Of a stretch of DNA of 64,000 nt, positions 25,408-39,778 are shown piece after piece. The notes beneath the pieces are model-generated. The model did no database searches, had not been told where the DNA came from, and saw only the letters and a program-made list of their open reading frames with translations. Where the stretch lies: positions 8,807,250-8,871,249 of the forward strand of contig NC_068984.1 of NCBI RefSeq assembly GCF_001194135.2. The letters are read 5' to 3'. Numbering within the stretch: the stretch's first letter is position 1; each line of letters begins with the position of its first letter. The stretch is from Octopus bimaculoides (taxonomy: Eukaryota). Made by a program: the position numbers and the translations under genes.

Positions 25408-27467
25408 CATGTTCGTTATTGTTTTCTTTCAAGATTTCTTGGCAATAGAGAAAGAACCGGTTTCTTACCTAGATCCAAGGCTCCTTCATTGGAATTTCAA
25501 CATCAACAACACGGTATTTTTTAATGTATGTACGTATAAGTGCAGATTTATATGTTTTGCTTTATGTATGTATTCTCATGCATATAGTTGCATAACTAGA
25601 CATGCTCATATACATTTAAATGATAAACTTCTTGAACGTTTAACAGTTTTTTAGAGTTCCACTTATGATTTGTATGCATGTATGTATGTATGTATTATGT
25701 ATGTATGTACGCATGTATATATAAACTGTCAAATTGTTTGAAGTGATGTAGAGGTTTCATACATCAAGAAAAAGGAGCTAGTCAGAATTTTGGATAATTC
25801 TTTATTATCCATTTCTTCTCCTTCGTGGAGATTTAAGATAAGTTTTACCGAAAATTTATTTGCTTTTTATACAATCGAAAAGAGGATATCCAAAATTCCG
25901 CTTACCTCCTATCTTTCAATATAAATATATANNNNNNNNNNNNNNNNNNNNNNNNNNNNNNNNNNNNNNNNNNNNNNNNNNNNNNNNNNNNNNNNNNNNN
26001 NNNNNNNNNNNNNNNNNNNNNNNNNNNNNNNNACAAAGTAAAGTTATAAGATACCGCTCGGGTGCAAATATATATGAAAGGTTTGAAAATGCAATTTTAA
26101 AGATGTTTATTCACTTGACCGGTTTCACTTTTTTTAGAAAAAGATTGTCAAAAGTAAAATGTAAAGCTTTGTATAAGCTTTGTTGTGTTAAGTACTGGTT
26201 GTCACAAAAGTTTTAAAATACATATATACATTCTTTGATAAAAGTAAGAAAATGTTTAAAACAGTTTAAAAGAGAGTATTGAGCAAAACGTGTTTGGTAG
26301 TATATATATACACAGAAGGAGATATATTTAAGAATTTACAATAAATTGGAGAGGAAACGACCTGTCTTTTTAGCATGTTTCTCTCTTGTGTGTAGCTAGG
26401 GAATATATATATATATATATAGATATAACATATAGCAAGAAAGAACTTAGGAATTATTTGAGCAATATGTAGTTATATTCTTTTTAAAGAATCTTCTTAC
26501 TCTCCAAAAATGATATTTCCAGTTGCCGAGAGAATACGTTAATGAATAATTGGTTTTGCATGCTGCAGTATTTCCTTTGCTTGTAAAATTTTGAATGCGT
26601 CATGTGTGATAATATAAAGGATTTGAAATCTACATTACTTAAGTAGATATCACATTAATGGGAAGATGAAAAAGATAAATTGAAGCCTGATAAACTTTTG
26701 GGATTGCACATGCTCTTACTAATATGCTTTTCCTTGCGTTTCCGTTGAATAATCCATAAACAAATTTAAGGATGGAATTCAGTAAATGTGAAATAAAATC
26801 GCAGGCGTGGATTCTCTCTCCCATGTCGTCGATGACAGATGAGGGTTCCACAATTTCCAGCTGAACAACCTGCACAGGTGACTAGTTTAATGTGATCAAA
26901 TGTTTCTGCTGTGCATTACCTCAATGTCAAATTGACATTGCCTGCACCGGTTGCACAGTGTGCCACACGTCAAATGTCAAAGTGATCGCAGGACAACTTG
27001 ATGAAATGAGGTGCTTTTACTCCACAGCACAACGCAATACCCGTTCTTTAACTTGAGAGAGCAACACCCTCACTGCTAGCCACGCACCCGTGAAGTATCT
27101 ATTCAGGTAGCTATGCAATAATATCCGAGACGTGAGAAGTTTTGAATTTTCTATTCAGTAGTCTATAGATTTTCTATAAAAATTATAGACTACACCGGTT
27201 TTCTTACGACGTTTCGAATCCTAGATTCCTGATGTAAACGACAACAATTAGATCAACGATGAAAAATAGGTAACGGACGTATTTGCCATATTTCAGGAGT
27301 TTTTGCTCCTTCACTAGCAGCCGTCCAACCCATTGATCATCCACGAACTCATTGCTTAAATAGCCACTAAACACAGCAGTGTAAGTATAGCAGATACAAA
27401 ACATCGTAAAACTCAGTGCTAGTTATAATTTCTATGGAAAATCTTTAGTGATATCATTAACAAATAA

Positions 27468-27892
27468 TCTTTTCTACTCTAGGAACAAAGCTCGAAATTT
27501 GCGGGAAGGGAAACAGTCGATTAGACCGACCCCAGTACACAACTGGTACTTAATTTATCGACCACGAAAGGAGGCAAAGTTGACCTCGGCGGAATTTGAA
27601 CTTAAAACGTGAAGACAGACGAAATAACGCTAAGCATTTCGCCCGGCGTGGTAACGTTTCTTATTTCTTTACTGCCCACAGGGGGCTACACAGTGGGGTC
27701 AAACAAGGACAGACAAACGGATTAAGTCGATTATATCGACCCCAATGCGTAACTGGTACTTATTTAATCGACCCCGAAAGGAGGAAAGGCAAAGTCGACC
27801 ACGGCGAAATTTGAACTCAGAACGAAGCTGCAGACAAAATACCGCTAAGCATTTCACCCGCCGTGCTAACGTTTCTGCCAGCTCGCCGCCTT
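27468..27892 (-). mobile_element. SINE family B dimer (B1 + headless B2)
   Basis: Same architecture and junction as 13405-13830. Confidence 0.9.
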
Positions 27893-28887
27893 CTAGGAAC
27901 AATTCTGCGTGTCAAACATATGAAGCATGTTGCCTGATTGTTAGTGTTCAGGTGAATCGCTTTAAAAAATAGCGAGTACATCCTTTACGGAGCGAGGAAA
28001 CTGATTTCTGCGGAAGCTCTGCGTCTTGTCGCAGTCGTGTGAAAGGCAAATATAATTAGTGTATCTTGAAGTTGACAAGTTTTATAATTCCGAAGAAAGG
28101 CTGGTTGTGACAGATGGGTGATATGCAGAATATAAGATATAACCCAACAAATCTAAACTGTTGGAGTTCAGAATGTTATAGTGAAATTTACAGAAATGAA
28201 GGGCAGGGAATTTGAAAAATCGATGATTCTAGAATTGGGCGAATGAGGTGAGTAATTTGATCATAGGGACTCGTGGTATTCTAATCAAGAAACCGATCAT
28301 CAATCCAAAGCAGCAAATAGATCCGAATACCGGATTATTTCAGAATTAAGATCAACAGAAATTAATTAAAATTAAGGAAACTAGATGGAGATGGAGAGAA
28401 AAGAAAATTAACAACTGCAGTAAGTTGAAGACCGAAACTATGGAATATCATTTGCCCCAAAATATTATATGTACATCTTATGTTACATGCATAATATATA
28501 GATACATCCCTAGATTTCAGTATTTGAAATCAATATATATTTTCCTACTGATATTTCACTGATAACTAACGATTAAATGTTTTATTGATCTCTCGAGTGC
28601 ATGCCAAGAAATCGATGGTTAATTAGACAGTGCCTGCATTGCACAGAGCGATGAGAAGTGACATCACTAGTATTAACGGACAGAAAGGGGTTTTACTACT
28701 GGAATGTCGATCCCTTTTGCTACTTATTGGCCTTCATCCATCGCCTTGTTTAAAAGCATCACGTGGTAAATTGGGTGCTTTAAACAGAGCTGCGCTTTTA
28801 GGTTATCTATCTTCCCCGTGTCTCTTCCTTTCTGTTTCTCTTCTTGTATTTTTGTGTCTCAGGGTGTCTCAGGGTGTCTCACGGTGT

Positions 28888-28889
<2 letters not shown>

Positions 28890-28938
<49 letters not shown>

Positions 28939-29007
28939 CTCGCTTTTTTGTCTTTATCTTTCTATTTCTCTTTTTATTCCGCTTTGTCTCGTACTGCCTC
29001 TGATTTG

Positions 29008-29068
<61 letters not shown>

Positions 29069-29440
29069 TCTCTCTCAGACCCATTATCGTTCTCACTTTC
29101 TCTCCGTGTTTCTCACTGACTCACTTCTCACTTCTTGTCTCCCCCTGTCTCACTTTGTCTCTCTTTACCTCATTCTGCCTCCCTTTCTATCTCTCTCTTA
29201 GTCTGTGTCTCACAGTGTCTCAATTTTTAATTTTTCTATCTATTCTTCTCCTCGTCTTGTTTTGTCTCCCCCTCTATCTCTCTGTTACTCTCTTTGTATG
29301 TCTTTGTCTCTTACTGCCTCTCTATCCTCTCTCTCTCTCTCTCTTTCTCTCTCGCTTTCTTCCTCTGTCTCTCACTGACTCAGTTCTCTTTTTTCGCCTC
29401 CCTTGTATCCCTTTATCTCTCACTACTTTACCTCCAAACT
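28890..29440. repeat. CT-rich low-complexity tract
   Basis: (CT)n runs and degenerate CT sequence. Confidence 0.9.
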
Positions 29441-29994
29441 GAAACGCTAAAAAAAATCTGTTACAATTATGATAACGCATTCGATGTCTCGTGACATAAA
29501 ATATCCATGAACACACTCAAATTGTGACACTAATATTTAACAACAAACGAACAAGTACGAATTTTATGTCGCTGGGTTACTTACAGACCTACTACACAAT
29601 TGCACAACATAATCAACATACATAATAAGAAAGTAATTAATCTCCTGGGACTTTCATGAAAATATAACCAAAATTACGAGTTTTAAATGTGTACATGAAT
29701 TGTTTGAGCATATAAATATCAACAAAAGCTTAATATTTTATAATAAAGCTTATATAATTCCCATATAACAGGGTGACATCATTAAAATTGTAAATTTAAT
29801 TTTGAAGTGTTTTTATGTAGAATATTTTCATAGCTTAATTAGAAGTCAGGATAAAGGAAAATGAATTTATGTTCATGATGAATATATGTGATACATAGAA
29901 CGAGTTTATGATGGGTTTGTATCACTGTATAGTTACATACATGCATATATGCATACATACATATATATACATATACATACATATATATATATAT

Positions 29995-30032
<38 letters not shown>

Positions 30033-30119
30033 NNNNNNNNNNNNNNNNNNNNNNNNNNNNNNNNNNNNNATAAATATATATATATATATGTATATATATA
30101 AAGAGAGAGAGAGAGAGAC

Positions 30120-30162
<43 letters not shown>

Positions 30163-31364
30163 TGTGCTTGTGTGTGCGTGTGTGTGTGTGTGTACATATA
30201 TGCATACATACACTCACATATCGACATATATATGTATATATGTATGTATGTATATATATATGTATAATGCATGTATGTATATATGAACATATTTATTTAT
30301 ATGTATATATTTAGACACATACGGACACGCTGACACAAGGGCACCCACTCCACTCTGTCCACACATACACACTTATATGCGTGTACGTATGTGTACATCT
30401 AAGCGTAGATGAATAAATGTTACATACATACATATATAAATATACAAGTGTCTATGTCGGAACGACAGTGCTTGCATTACTAGATTTGCTTTTAGTCAGT
30501 AATACATACACACACATATATACATACATATATAAATATACAAGTGTCTATGTCGGAACGACAGTGCTTGCATTACTAGATTTNNNNNNNNNNNNNNNNN
30601 NNNNNNNNNNNNNNNNNNNNNNNNNNNNNNNNNNNNNNNNNNNNNNNNNNNNNNNNNNNNNNNNNNNNNNNNNNNNNNNNNNNNNNNNNNNNNNNNNNNN
30701 NNNNNNNNNNNNNNNNNNNNNNNNNNNNNNNNNNNNNNNNNNNNNNNNNNNNNNNNNNNNNNNNNNNNNNNNNNNNNNNNNNNNNNNNNNNNNNNNNNNN
30801 NNNNNNNNNNNNNNNNNNNNNNNNNNNNNNNNNNNNNNNNNNNNATATATATATATATATAGATGCACATGAGCCTATACGTACATACAAACATACATAC
30901 ACACGTGACTACATATGCATATGTCCATTATATAATACAGAGATTACAATCACATATACATCGGTTGGTCATGTGCTCCACATAAACTATAAAGAAATAC
31001 GAATATAATTTCAGCTTCCAACAGCGTGTTCGATTCTTTCTGTTGAATGTTGTAAAGAGGTCCATATGTCATAGGATATCGTTGACAAGCCATGGCAAAT
31101 TCTCATTTTTAATCCATTACAATATACTGTATACGTATATATCTATCAGGTCTACAGCGTGATATGCCAAAGGAAATTATTCGATATTGCATAAAACTAT
31201 CAGCAGTTACATTTGAGTTTAGATTGAAACTAGTCGCGGTGCCAGATTACCGTTCTTATTTAATGATGAGTAATAGAATCTCTGAACAGAAGTGTTACGC
31301 ATTATATGTATGTTTATATATATATATATGATACACAGACATGTGTATGTATGCATCCCTATCG

Positions 31365-31429
<65 letters not shown>

Positions 31430-31604
31430 TTTGTGTGTATATACATATATATATATATATGTGTGTGTGTATATGTGTATAACATGTATGCATGTACGTA
31501 TTTGTGCATGTACCTATGTTAGTATATGTACATAGACATGTTTGTGTAAGCGTGTATATACGAATAAGTAGAAAGATAGATAGATAGATATACACACATA
31601 CGCG

Positions 31605-31658
<54 letters not shown>

Positions 31659-33630
31659 ACATGTATGTATGTACGTATCTGTGCATGTACCTATGTAAGC
31701 GTATGTACATATGTTTGTGTATGCGTGTATATACGAATAAATAGATAGATGGATAGCAATAGAGAGATGAGCGGGTAAGATATCCATTATGATTAGACAT
31801 GCCAGGTGTAGGGAAGCGGTTGGGGGTGTGAGTTCTATGATGAAATATAGAAGAGAATATAACGGATGCATTGTATCTCGTAAAGAAAAACAGTGATGAA
31901 ACAATCCGCCATTTTGGAGCTTGTACTTTTATGTTCTGAAACCGAAATCAATATTATGTTAAATATTATATATTTTCATGTAAAACTGAGAATCAATTGA
32001 AATTTAGTGTTGCCTTTATGTTAGAATCCTATCTGTTTTTATGTCGTTATATACTTTTTTATGTGCGATTTTGGATTCACACATCAAAAGGCAATATATC
32101 TCTTATTTTTTTTTAAATCATGAAACCCAAACCTGAATTTACAACGATTTCAAATAGGGAACGTAAGGACGGTAGAGGATTGGTATTATATTACTGTTAC
32201 TGTTGTTCTGGTTGTTGTTGCTCGGCCCATTGTCCTGTTTTTGTCGACCTATGTTTTATAGCACCCTAGGCGTAACGATGTCGACCTTTTGATTTCAGAC
32301 TGACACTGTATTGTGTATTGCGTCCTTCTTTATGAAGACGGTAGGACGTAATGCTAAAAACAAAACTGCTCCTATATTTAGCAAGAAGGAGGCAAAGTAG
32401 CGGAATCTTTAGCATGTCCGACATAGCATACTTAGAGAGATTTCTCCCGGTTCTTTCAGTTCTGAATTCAAAGACAAATGGAGTCAGTTTTGACACTCAT
32501 TCTTTTGGGGTTGATAAATTAATATCAAGTCTTCTCCCTAAATTGCTGGCCTTGGACCTTGCAACAAGCTGACGACCCCTTGAAGGGTATGTTGTGATCT
32601 TAGTTACTTATACGCCATGCAAAAACTGGGTGAGTAATCTTATGACATCTAGAGCTCGTGAAAAACTAATATCTAGCAGGACTAGTGAATACAAATCGCC
32701 TCTCGTTATTACACAGAGCGAAAGATATTTGTGTTAATGTTTAAAAGACGCTGAACCTAATTTAACTTTCATGTATTCTAGCAAAATATTGAAATAAAAT
32801 AACCGTGGATGTTTAAGTATATTGTTTGTGTTCGGAATCTTGAGAATAAAATAAAATGAAATGGGATGGAGGACTCTCTAAGATAATTTCTAACTTACAT
32901 GAAAGGTATTAAGATTAGACAGAGTGTATATAAACATGCACACCATTTAATGTTTTTGTATAGAACCATAAGTATGAGGTAATTCTCAGAGTAGAGGAGA
33001 TATTTGCTAAGATTGTGAGTAAGTGTCGGTACACACAGACACACACACACATATGTACATATATATATATATATATATGTGCAAGCATTTATGTACATAT
33101 GTTTGTATGTATGCGTGTGTTTGTGTTGATATGTGTCTGTGAATATAAATATCTATATATGTGAGTGTATGTGTGTGTGTGAGCATATATGTGTATGTAT
33201 ATATATGTGTGTGTACGTGTGTGGCTGTATGGAAATATATGTACTTTTATGTATCTGTGTATCTCTGTATCTATGTATGTGTCTGCATGTGTCTAGTTCT
33301 TTGCGCAATAAAAGTATATTCAACGTAATACACACTTTTTCCGAAACTATAATAATTTGCCAAAAGTTATTGATTTTACAATCGGGAAAAATTTATGTTC
33401 AAAATGTTATTATTAGATCGATCGGTTATGTGTAATGCAGAAATGTAAGCATGATATATCTATTTCAACCGATATCTTTAAAACCCCTAATTATAATAGA
33501 TATTTCTACAAAATCATCCCCACCACCACCACCTCACTATTGAAAATTTTGTAATATGAGCCAAATTTTGTAATATGAGTGATTTGCATGAAACAGCAGC
33601 CAAAAACTCTCTGTTGATTTGTCTATTACG

Positions 33631-34064
33631 TTTTACTTGTTTTTTTCATGAGATTCGGCCATGCTGGAGCACTGCATTGTAGAATTTTTAGTCGAATGGA
33701 TCGACACAAGTACTTTTTTTTTTAAACCTGGTACTTATTTCATTGATCTCTTTTGCCAAACTGTTGCGTTGCGGGGACGTAAACACACCAACACCGGGTG
33801 TCAAGTTGCGGTGGGGGACAAACACAGACACAGACATACAAATATGTATACACACACACACACACACGCATATATATATATATATGTATGTATATACACT
33901 GGACAGGCTTCTCTTAGTTTCCGTCTACCATATCCACTCTCAAGGCTGTGGTCGACTCATGGCTATAGTAGAGGACACTTACCCAAGGTGACACGCAGTG
34001 GGACTGAACCCGGTGTCACGTGACTCGGAAGCAAGCTTCTTACCACGCAGACACACCTGCGCCT
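33631..34064 (-). mobile_element. SINE family A, full length
   Basis: Head, internal (CA)/(TA) tract and tail all present. Confidence 0.9.
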
Positions 34065-34139
34065 GTTTCGTGAAATGAAAAAGAATATTGCGCATAGTAG
34101 CCCCCGCGTTCCCCTAAAAACACACGATGTCGTAGTTAG

Positions 34140-34333
34140 GCGAGCTGGCAGAAACGTCAGCACGCCGGGCGAAATGCTTTGCGGTATTTCGTCTGTCTTT
34201 TATGTTCTGAGTTCAAATTCCGCCGAGGTCGACTTTGTCTTTCATCCTTTGTCGATATAATCGACTTAATCCGTTTGTCTGTCCTTGTTTGTCCCCTCTG
34301 TGTGTAGCCCTTTGTGGGCAGTAAAGAAATAAG
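34140..34333 (+). mobile_element. SINE B1 monomer with 13-bp TSD
   Basis: ATGTCGTAGTTAG at 34127-34139 and again at 34334-34346; internal deletion between two GTCGAT motifs. Confidence 0.93.
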
Positions 34334-34501
34334 ATGTCGTAGTTAGATGGTCGGTTATTTTAGATGTGCAAAAAGGGGTTTGACTCCGCACTGAACATCG
34401 AAAACAATAACAACATCAAAATCATTGAATACAACAACCAAACATAAAGGGAAAGGTCTTTGCACGAGCTATATACCTCATATTGTTATTGTTTGTTCCT
34501 T

Positions 34502-34794
34502 CTAGAGCCGTTCCTGGCTCATAAGGTCAGGGTTTCCCGGTTTTATTGGCGTATAGGTACCCCACCTGGATGGGACGCCAGTCCGTCGCAGGTAAGTTGC
34601 TAGATGCAGGAGGAAAAAGTGAGAGAAAGTTGTGGCAAAATATTCAGCAGAGGTTCACCGTTAACTGCTGCCGGAGCCGCGTGGAGCTTAATGTGTTTCA
34701 CTCATAAACACACACATCGCCCTGTCTGAGATTCGAACCCGGGATACCTCAACCGCGAGTCCGCTGCTGTAACCACTAGGTCATGTGCCTCCGC
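34502..34794 (-). mobile_element. SINE family D (tRNA head, V-domain-like tail)
   Basis: Head GGAGGCACATGACCTAGTGG..GGTTCGAATC; GCGACGGACTGGCGTCCCATCCAGG resembles the V-SINE domain (recalled, not searched). Confidence 0.75.
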
Positions 34795-35647
34795 CCATAT
34801 ACCTCATATTCATTATATTAATTACGTAGTCATGGAGGCGCGTAGTTTAATGGTTAATGTGTTGGACTCGTGACAGTTAGATTGTGGTTTCGATTCCTGG
34901 ACCAGGCGACGCGTTGTATTCTTAGATCTTAGTAACACACTGCAATAAAGCGTTCTTCCGATGATCCATTGCAATTAAGCAACCAAATGCACTTGGAAAA
35001 TTCAGTCCTTGTTTCCAATTTCAGTGATGAAACATACGTAGGAAATAATAATTTATACTTGTGTTTATCTTAATTTTCCCCAACATAAATTCTTATAAAA
35101 AAAAATATTATTATCAAGCTGGAAACCTGGTTTAAGGGCCCGCAAATACAGTGGACTGCATTAATGGCAGCCAAAGTGTCAGATAATGACGTTAAACATG
35201 GCGACGGATTAAATCTAACTCTCAGTTAGGCATCGGTGGTATTTGAGTTCACAAGGTAAAGAGACGGAATAAATAGAGTCAATCATCCGGTCCCACGTTC
35301 TTGCAATTTTGCCAATCACAGACATTCCTTGGTAAATTTTTATTGACCTCCGATCACATCAAAAGTATGAAAGGCAAAATTTGAAGTGGACGGGATTTGA
35401 ACTCAGATTGCCGAGTATCAGTACAAACCTGACTCTCTAAAGACGAATTCACTTTTTGAGAGTCCCAGGGCTTTGAAAGGTGATGTTATTTACTTTAGGA
35501 CAGTGCTTTATACAGAAAGAGAATTGATTTTCTTCAGTTCAAAGATATAAGCAAATGGTTCGAGAAAAGACTAGCACATTGGATTAGGTACGAATGGGAC
35601 ATACGTTTTAAAAATAGTTAAAATTTTATCTCTCATCTTTTGTCTTC

Positions 35648-35990
35648 TACTGGTTTTAGTCACTAGACTACGACCATATTGGGGAACATCCTTGAATGAT
35701 TTTAGTCGAACGAATCGATCCCTGCACACATTTTTTTGAAGCCTAGTATTTATCGGTTTCATTTATAGAACCGCTATGTTACATGGACGTAAACACACCA
35801 AAGTTGGTTGTGAAGCGTTGGGTTGGGAGGACAAACACAGACGCGCGCACGCACACACATATAGGACGGGCTTTGGTCAACCCAGAGTTATAGTAGAAGA
35901 CACTTGCCCAAGGTGTCATGCAGTGGGACTCAACCCGGAATCATTTGTTTGGAAAGTAAATGTCTTACCACATAGTCACGACCGAGCCTA
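35648..35990 (-). mobile_element. SINE family A, diverged
   Basis: Matches the other A copies. Confidence 0.75.
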
Positions 35991-37039
35991 TTTGTTGGGT
36001 ATTTATAAATTGTCTGGTTGGTAACTCAGCAGTAACTCAATGATGGAAGTGAAAAACTCTTCAACAAAAATGGAAGTATCTCCTTGGTATTAACTTCTGA
36101 AATACTTTCTTTGTCTCCCGAGCGTCATTGAAGTTAGTAAATGGAACCTAATGGTGATTAATTCTTCTTCTAATTAGTTCCAGCTTTTGTTATATATGAC
36201 CACTTCTTTCTGTGTTATATCTGTTTCCATTTCTTATTTTATTCAGTGAAATAAATATCGGTTGTATACTGATTAATGTGTCGATTTAATCTGTTAAACC
36301 TCAGCGTTTTTAATCGTCTGCCTCTTAATTGTTTCGATAAGCTCAGAAGTTTTATAACTTTGATTGGAAGATGCGGAACTACATATGTGAGAATCTAGCG
36401 GATTCATGTTCTATGATTTCAATGAAAGTTCAATTTCAAATAGAGGCATATTCATTTCACGAACTTTTTTTAACGTTTGTATGCGAAATATATTCTTCGA
36501 ATATATAGAGATTTTCTATTGCGAAACAAAATAAAAATGATGTTATTAGTTAAAATATAGGTTTGTCGGCGCAGGCGTGGCACCTTGGACAAGTGTTTTC
36601 TACTACACTCTCGGGCCGACCAAAGATTTGTTAGTGGTCTTGGTAGCTAGAAACTGAAAGAAGCCTACTCTGTGGGTGTATGTGCATATATATATACATA
36701 TATATANNNNNNNNNNNNNNNNNNNNNNNNNNNNNNNNNNNNNNNNNNNNNNNNNNNNNNNNNNNNNNNNNNNNNNNNNNNNNNNNNNNNNNNNNNNNNN
36801 NNNNNNNNNNNNNNNNNNNNNNNNNNNNNNNNNNNNNNNNNNNNNNNNNNNNNNNNNNNNNNNNNNNNNNNNNNNNNNNNNNNNNNNNNNNNNNNNNNNN
36901 NNNNNNNNNNNNNNNNNNNNNNNNNNNNNNNNNNNNNNNNNNNNNTTTCTTGCACAATTAATTTTACCAGGGCGTATTCCTTGAAGATACCTGTCCAGAC
37001 TCCGTTTAAAGGTGATGAGGTCTTTTACCTCTTTAATCA

Positions 37040-37680
37040 GTTTTGGGGCAGGGGGCAGGGCCCGTTGAGGAAATGAAAATTATGCTGTAGTGTACCTATA
37101 TGTTGTGATCCTGAATTGGGCAGGGGATGTATGGCCCGTGGTCCCAGTCTTGGATGAACCTTGAAACTAATGTTCAGGTCGTTTGGGCAATGCTGGTGGT
37201 ATATTCTCCACATCGTACAAATGGTGTACCGCTCGCGGCGGCGCTGGAGAGAGTAGAGTTTCAAGGTTTTAAAGCGGTCCCAGTAATGGAGATCAGTCAT
37301 GCCTTCAATTCGTTTAGTGAGTGCCCTGTGGGGGGATTCAACCCTCGAGATGTTTTGTTTTGTATGGGGAGACCACAAGGGGCAACAGTATTCGAGGTGT
37401 GGCCGTACAAGGGAGGAGGAAAGTGGAATGATGACACCTTGTTCTCTGGACCGGAAGGTTCTTAAGATCCAGGAGCTCATCCTACGAGCTATACCGACCT
37501 TATTGTTGATGTGGGCACTCCAACTAAGATTGTTGTCAACAATTACACCCAGATCTCTGATATTGTTGGATGCCGTGAGCGGTTTCTCTGAAGGAAGATC
37601 ATATGGCTGTTTTAGTATAGACTTTCTTCCAAAATGCCTAAGCTCAAATTTTCCCTCGTTCAGTTGCACGCAAGGTAGCA
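37040..37680 (-). mobile_element. CR1-clade LINE ORF2 3' fragment
   Basis: RDLGVIVDNNLSWSAHI, LVRPHLEYCCPLWSP and LKLYSLQRRRER are hallmark post-RT CR1 motifs. Confidence 0.93.
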
Positions 37681-38844
37681 CGCAGTAGGAATGGACACGG
37701 AACCATGAGGTTGGGAAGCACACCCATTCCTGCGCGTAAGTATGCGAACTAGATTTTTAAAAAATAAGCTCTGGTGTCGATTTGCTCCGCTAAAACCCTC
37801 CAAGGCGTGCAGGGCCTAGCATGGCCACAGTCCAATGATTGAAACAGATAACAGATAAAATATTGGATATCGACTACATAGTGAATCATGGACAAAAGAT
37901 ATCCTTGGAAATGCTTAAGCCTTGTAATAAATGAACGAATTTGCTTGAATTGTTATAGAATTAAATAAGCCACCCATTTATTGGTGTTGTAATCAATCAA
38001 TTATAAAGGATTTTAGCTTCTTATAGATATTTCAGTCGATAATACTTGCAAATTTTATATTTGAACTGTTACTGTTGCAAAAGCGAAGTCGATATTTTAA
38101 GAATATAGATAGAAGACAAAAAAAAAAAAAAGCAATAATAAAACAAAATGGCAAATAACGCAACGTATTCTGCCAAATACATGCATCGCTAACTTTGTTT
38201 CGTCTGAATCAAAGAATTCGGTGAACCATTAAATTTCTCGACAAAATAGTTGAAGATAATTATTTTAAGGTTTTTGGGGAAAATGGAAAAAAAATATATA
38301 TTTCTAAAGACACATGCAAGAAGAAGAATTGGCATGAAAAACAACCTCGGAAATTTANNNNNNNNNNNNNNNNNNNNNNNNNNNNNNNNNNNNNNNNNNN
38401 NNNNNNNNNNNNNNNNNNNNNNNNNNNNNNNNNNNNNNNNNNNNNNNNNNNNNNNNNNNNNNNNNNNNNNNNNNNNNNNNNNNNNNNNNNNNNNNNNNNN
38501 NNNNNNNNNNNNNNNNNNNNNNNNNNNNNNNNNNNNNNNNNNNNNNNNNNNNNNNNNNNNNNNNNNNNNNNNNNNNNNNNNNNNNNNNNNNNNNNNNNNN
38601 NNNNNNNNNNNNNNNNNNNNNNNNNNNNNNNNNNNNNNNNNNNNNNNNNNNNNNNNNNNNNNNNNNNNNNNNNNNNNNNNNNNNNNNNNNNNNNNNNNNN
38701 NNNNNNNNNNNNNNNNNNNNNNNNNNNNNNNNNNNNNNNNNNNNNNNNNNNNNNNNNNNNNNNNNNNNNNNNNNNACACAATTGTTATCATTACATTCTG
38801 GTTAACACGAAAATACAGTGTTTTTATCTTTTATGCTTCACTTG

Positions 38845-39245
38845 CTTCAGTCATTAGAGTTCGGCCATGCTGGGGCACCGCCTTGAAGAATTTTTAGTCG
38901 AATGAATCAAACCCCGGTGCTTTTTTTTAACAGTCGAACCGTTAAGTTACGAGGACGTTAACACACCAACATCGGTTGTCAAGCAGTGGCAGGGAGAAAC
39001 AGATACATAGACACCTCACACACACACACACAATTCATATACACTCACACATTCACATACATAAACATACGTGAGACACACACACACACACATACGATGT
39101 ACATCTTTCAGTTTCTGTCCAGCAAATCCACTCACAAGGCTTTGATCGGCTTGAGGTGATTGTAAACCTCGCTTACCCAAGATGTAACACAGTGAGACAG
39201 AGTACAGATTCATATGGATGAGAAGTAAGCTCCTTAGGACACCAC
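38845..39245 (-). mobile_element. SINE family A
   Basis: Tail CGGCCATGCTGGGGCACCGCC, internal (CA)n and head remnant. Confidence 0.8.
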
Positions 39246-39260
39246 CTCTCTATATATATA

Positions 39261-39778
39261 CAAGGATGAGCCAAAAAATAATGCCATTTTGTTTAGGACA
39301 GGTATAATTACCAACACAGAAACATGTATCATACATCAAAATGAAGTTGGGCCTCTGTGGATCACAACCCTACTTCTCAACATAGTCACCGTTTCTCTCA
39401 ATAGCAATGTTCCACCTTCGAATGAGAGCATGTATCCCTGCCCCGTAAAATTCTGTTGACGGTTCTTTGAGCCACTTCTTCACTACAGTTTTCACTTCCT
39501 CGTCACTGGAATAATGTTTGCCTCTCAAATCCTCTTTCGTGGCGCAGAAGAGATGATAGTCTGAAGACGCTAAATTATTCCAGTGACGAGGAAGTGAAAA
39601 CTGTAGTGAAGAAGTGGCTCAAAGAACAGTCAACAGAATTTTACGGGATAGGGATACATGCTCTCATTCGAAGGTAGAACATTGCTATTGAGAGAAACAG
39701 TGACTATGTTGAGAAGTAGGGATGTGATCCACAGAGGACCCGCTTCATTTTGATGTATGATACATGTTACTGTGTTGG
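39261..39778. mobile_element. Mariner-derived fold-back made of two 3' ends
   Basis: Arms 39311-39515 and 39574-39778, about 10 mismatches in 205 bp, encode SSDEEVKTVVKKWLKEQSTEFY..DYVEK*. A 3' TIR and TA are present at the left end only. Confidence 0.92.

Noticed and set aside
30425-30583. Exact 63-bp direct duplication
   Set aside because: The second copy ends at a gap; probable scaffolding artefact.
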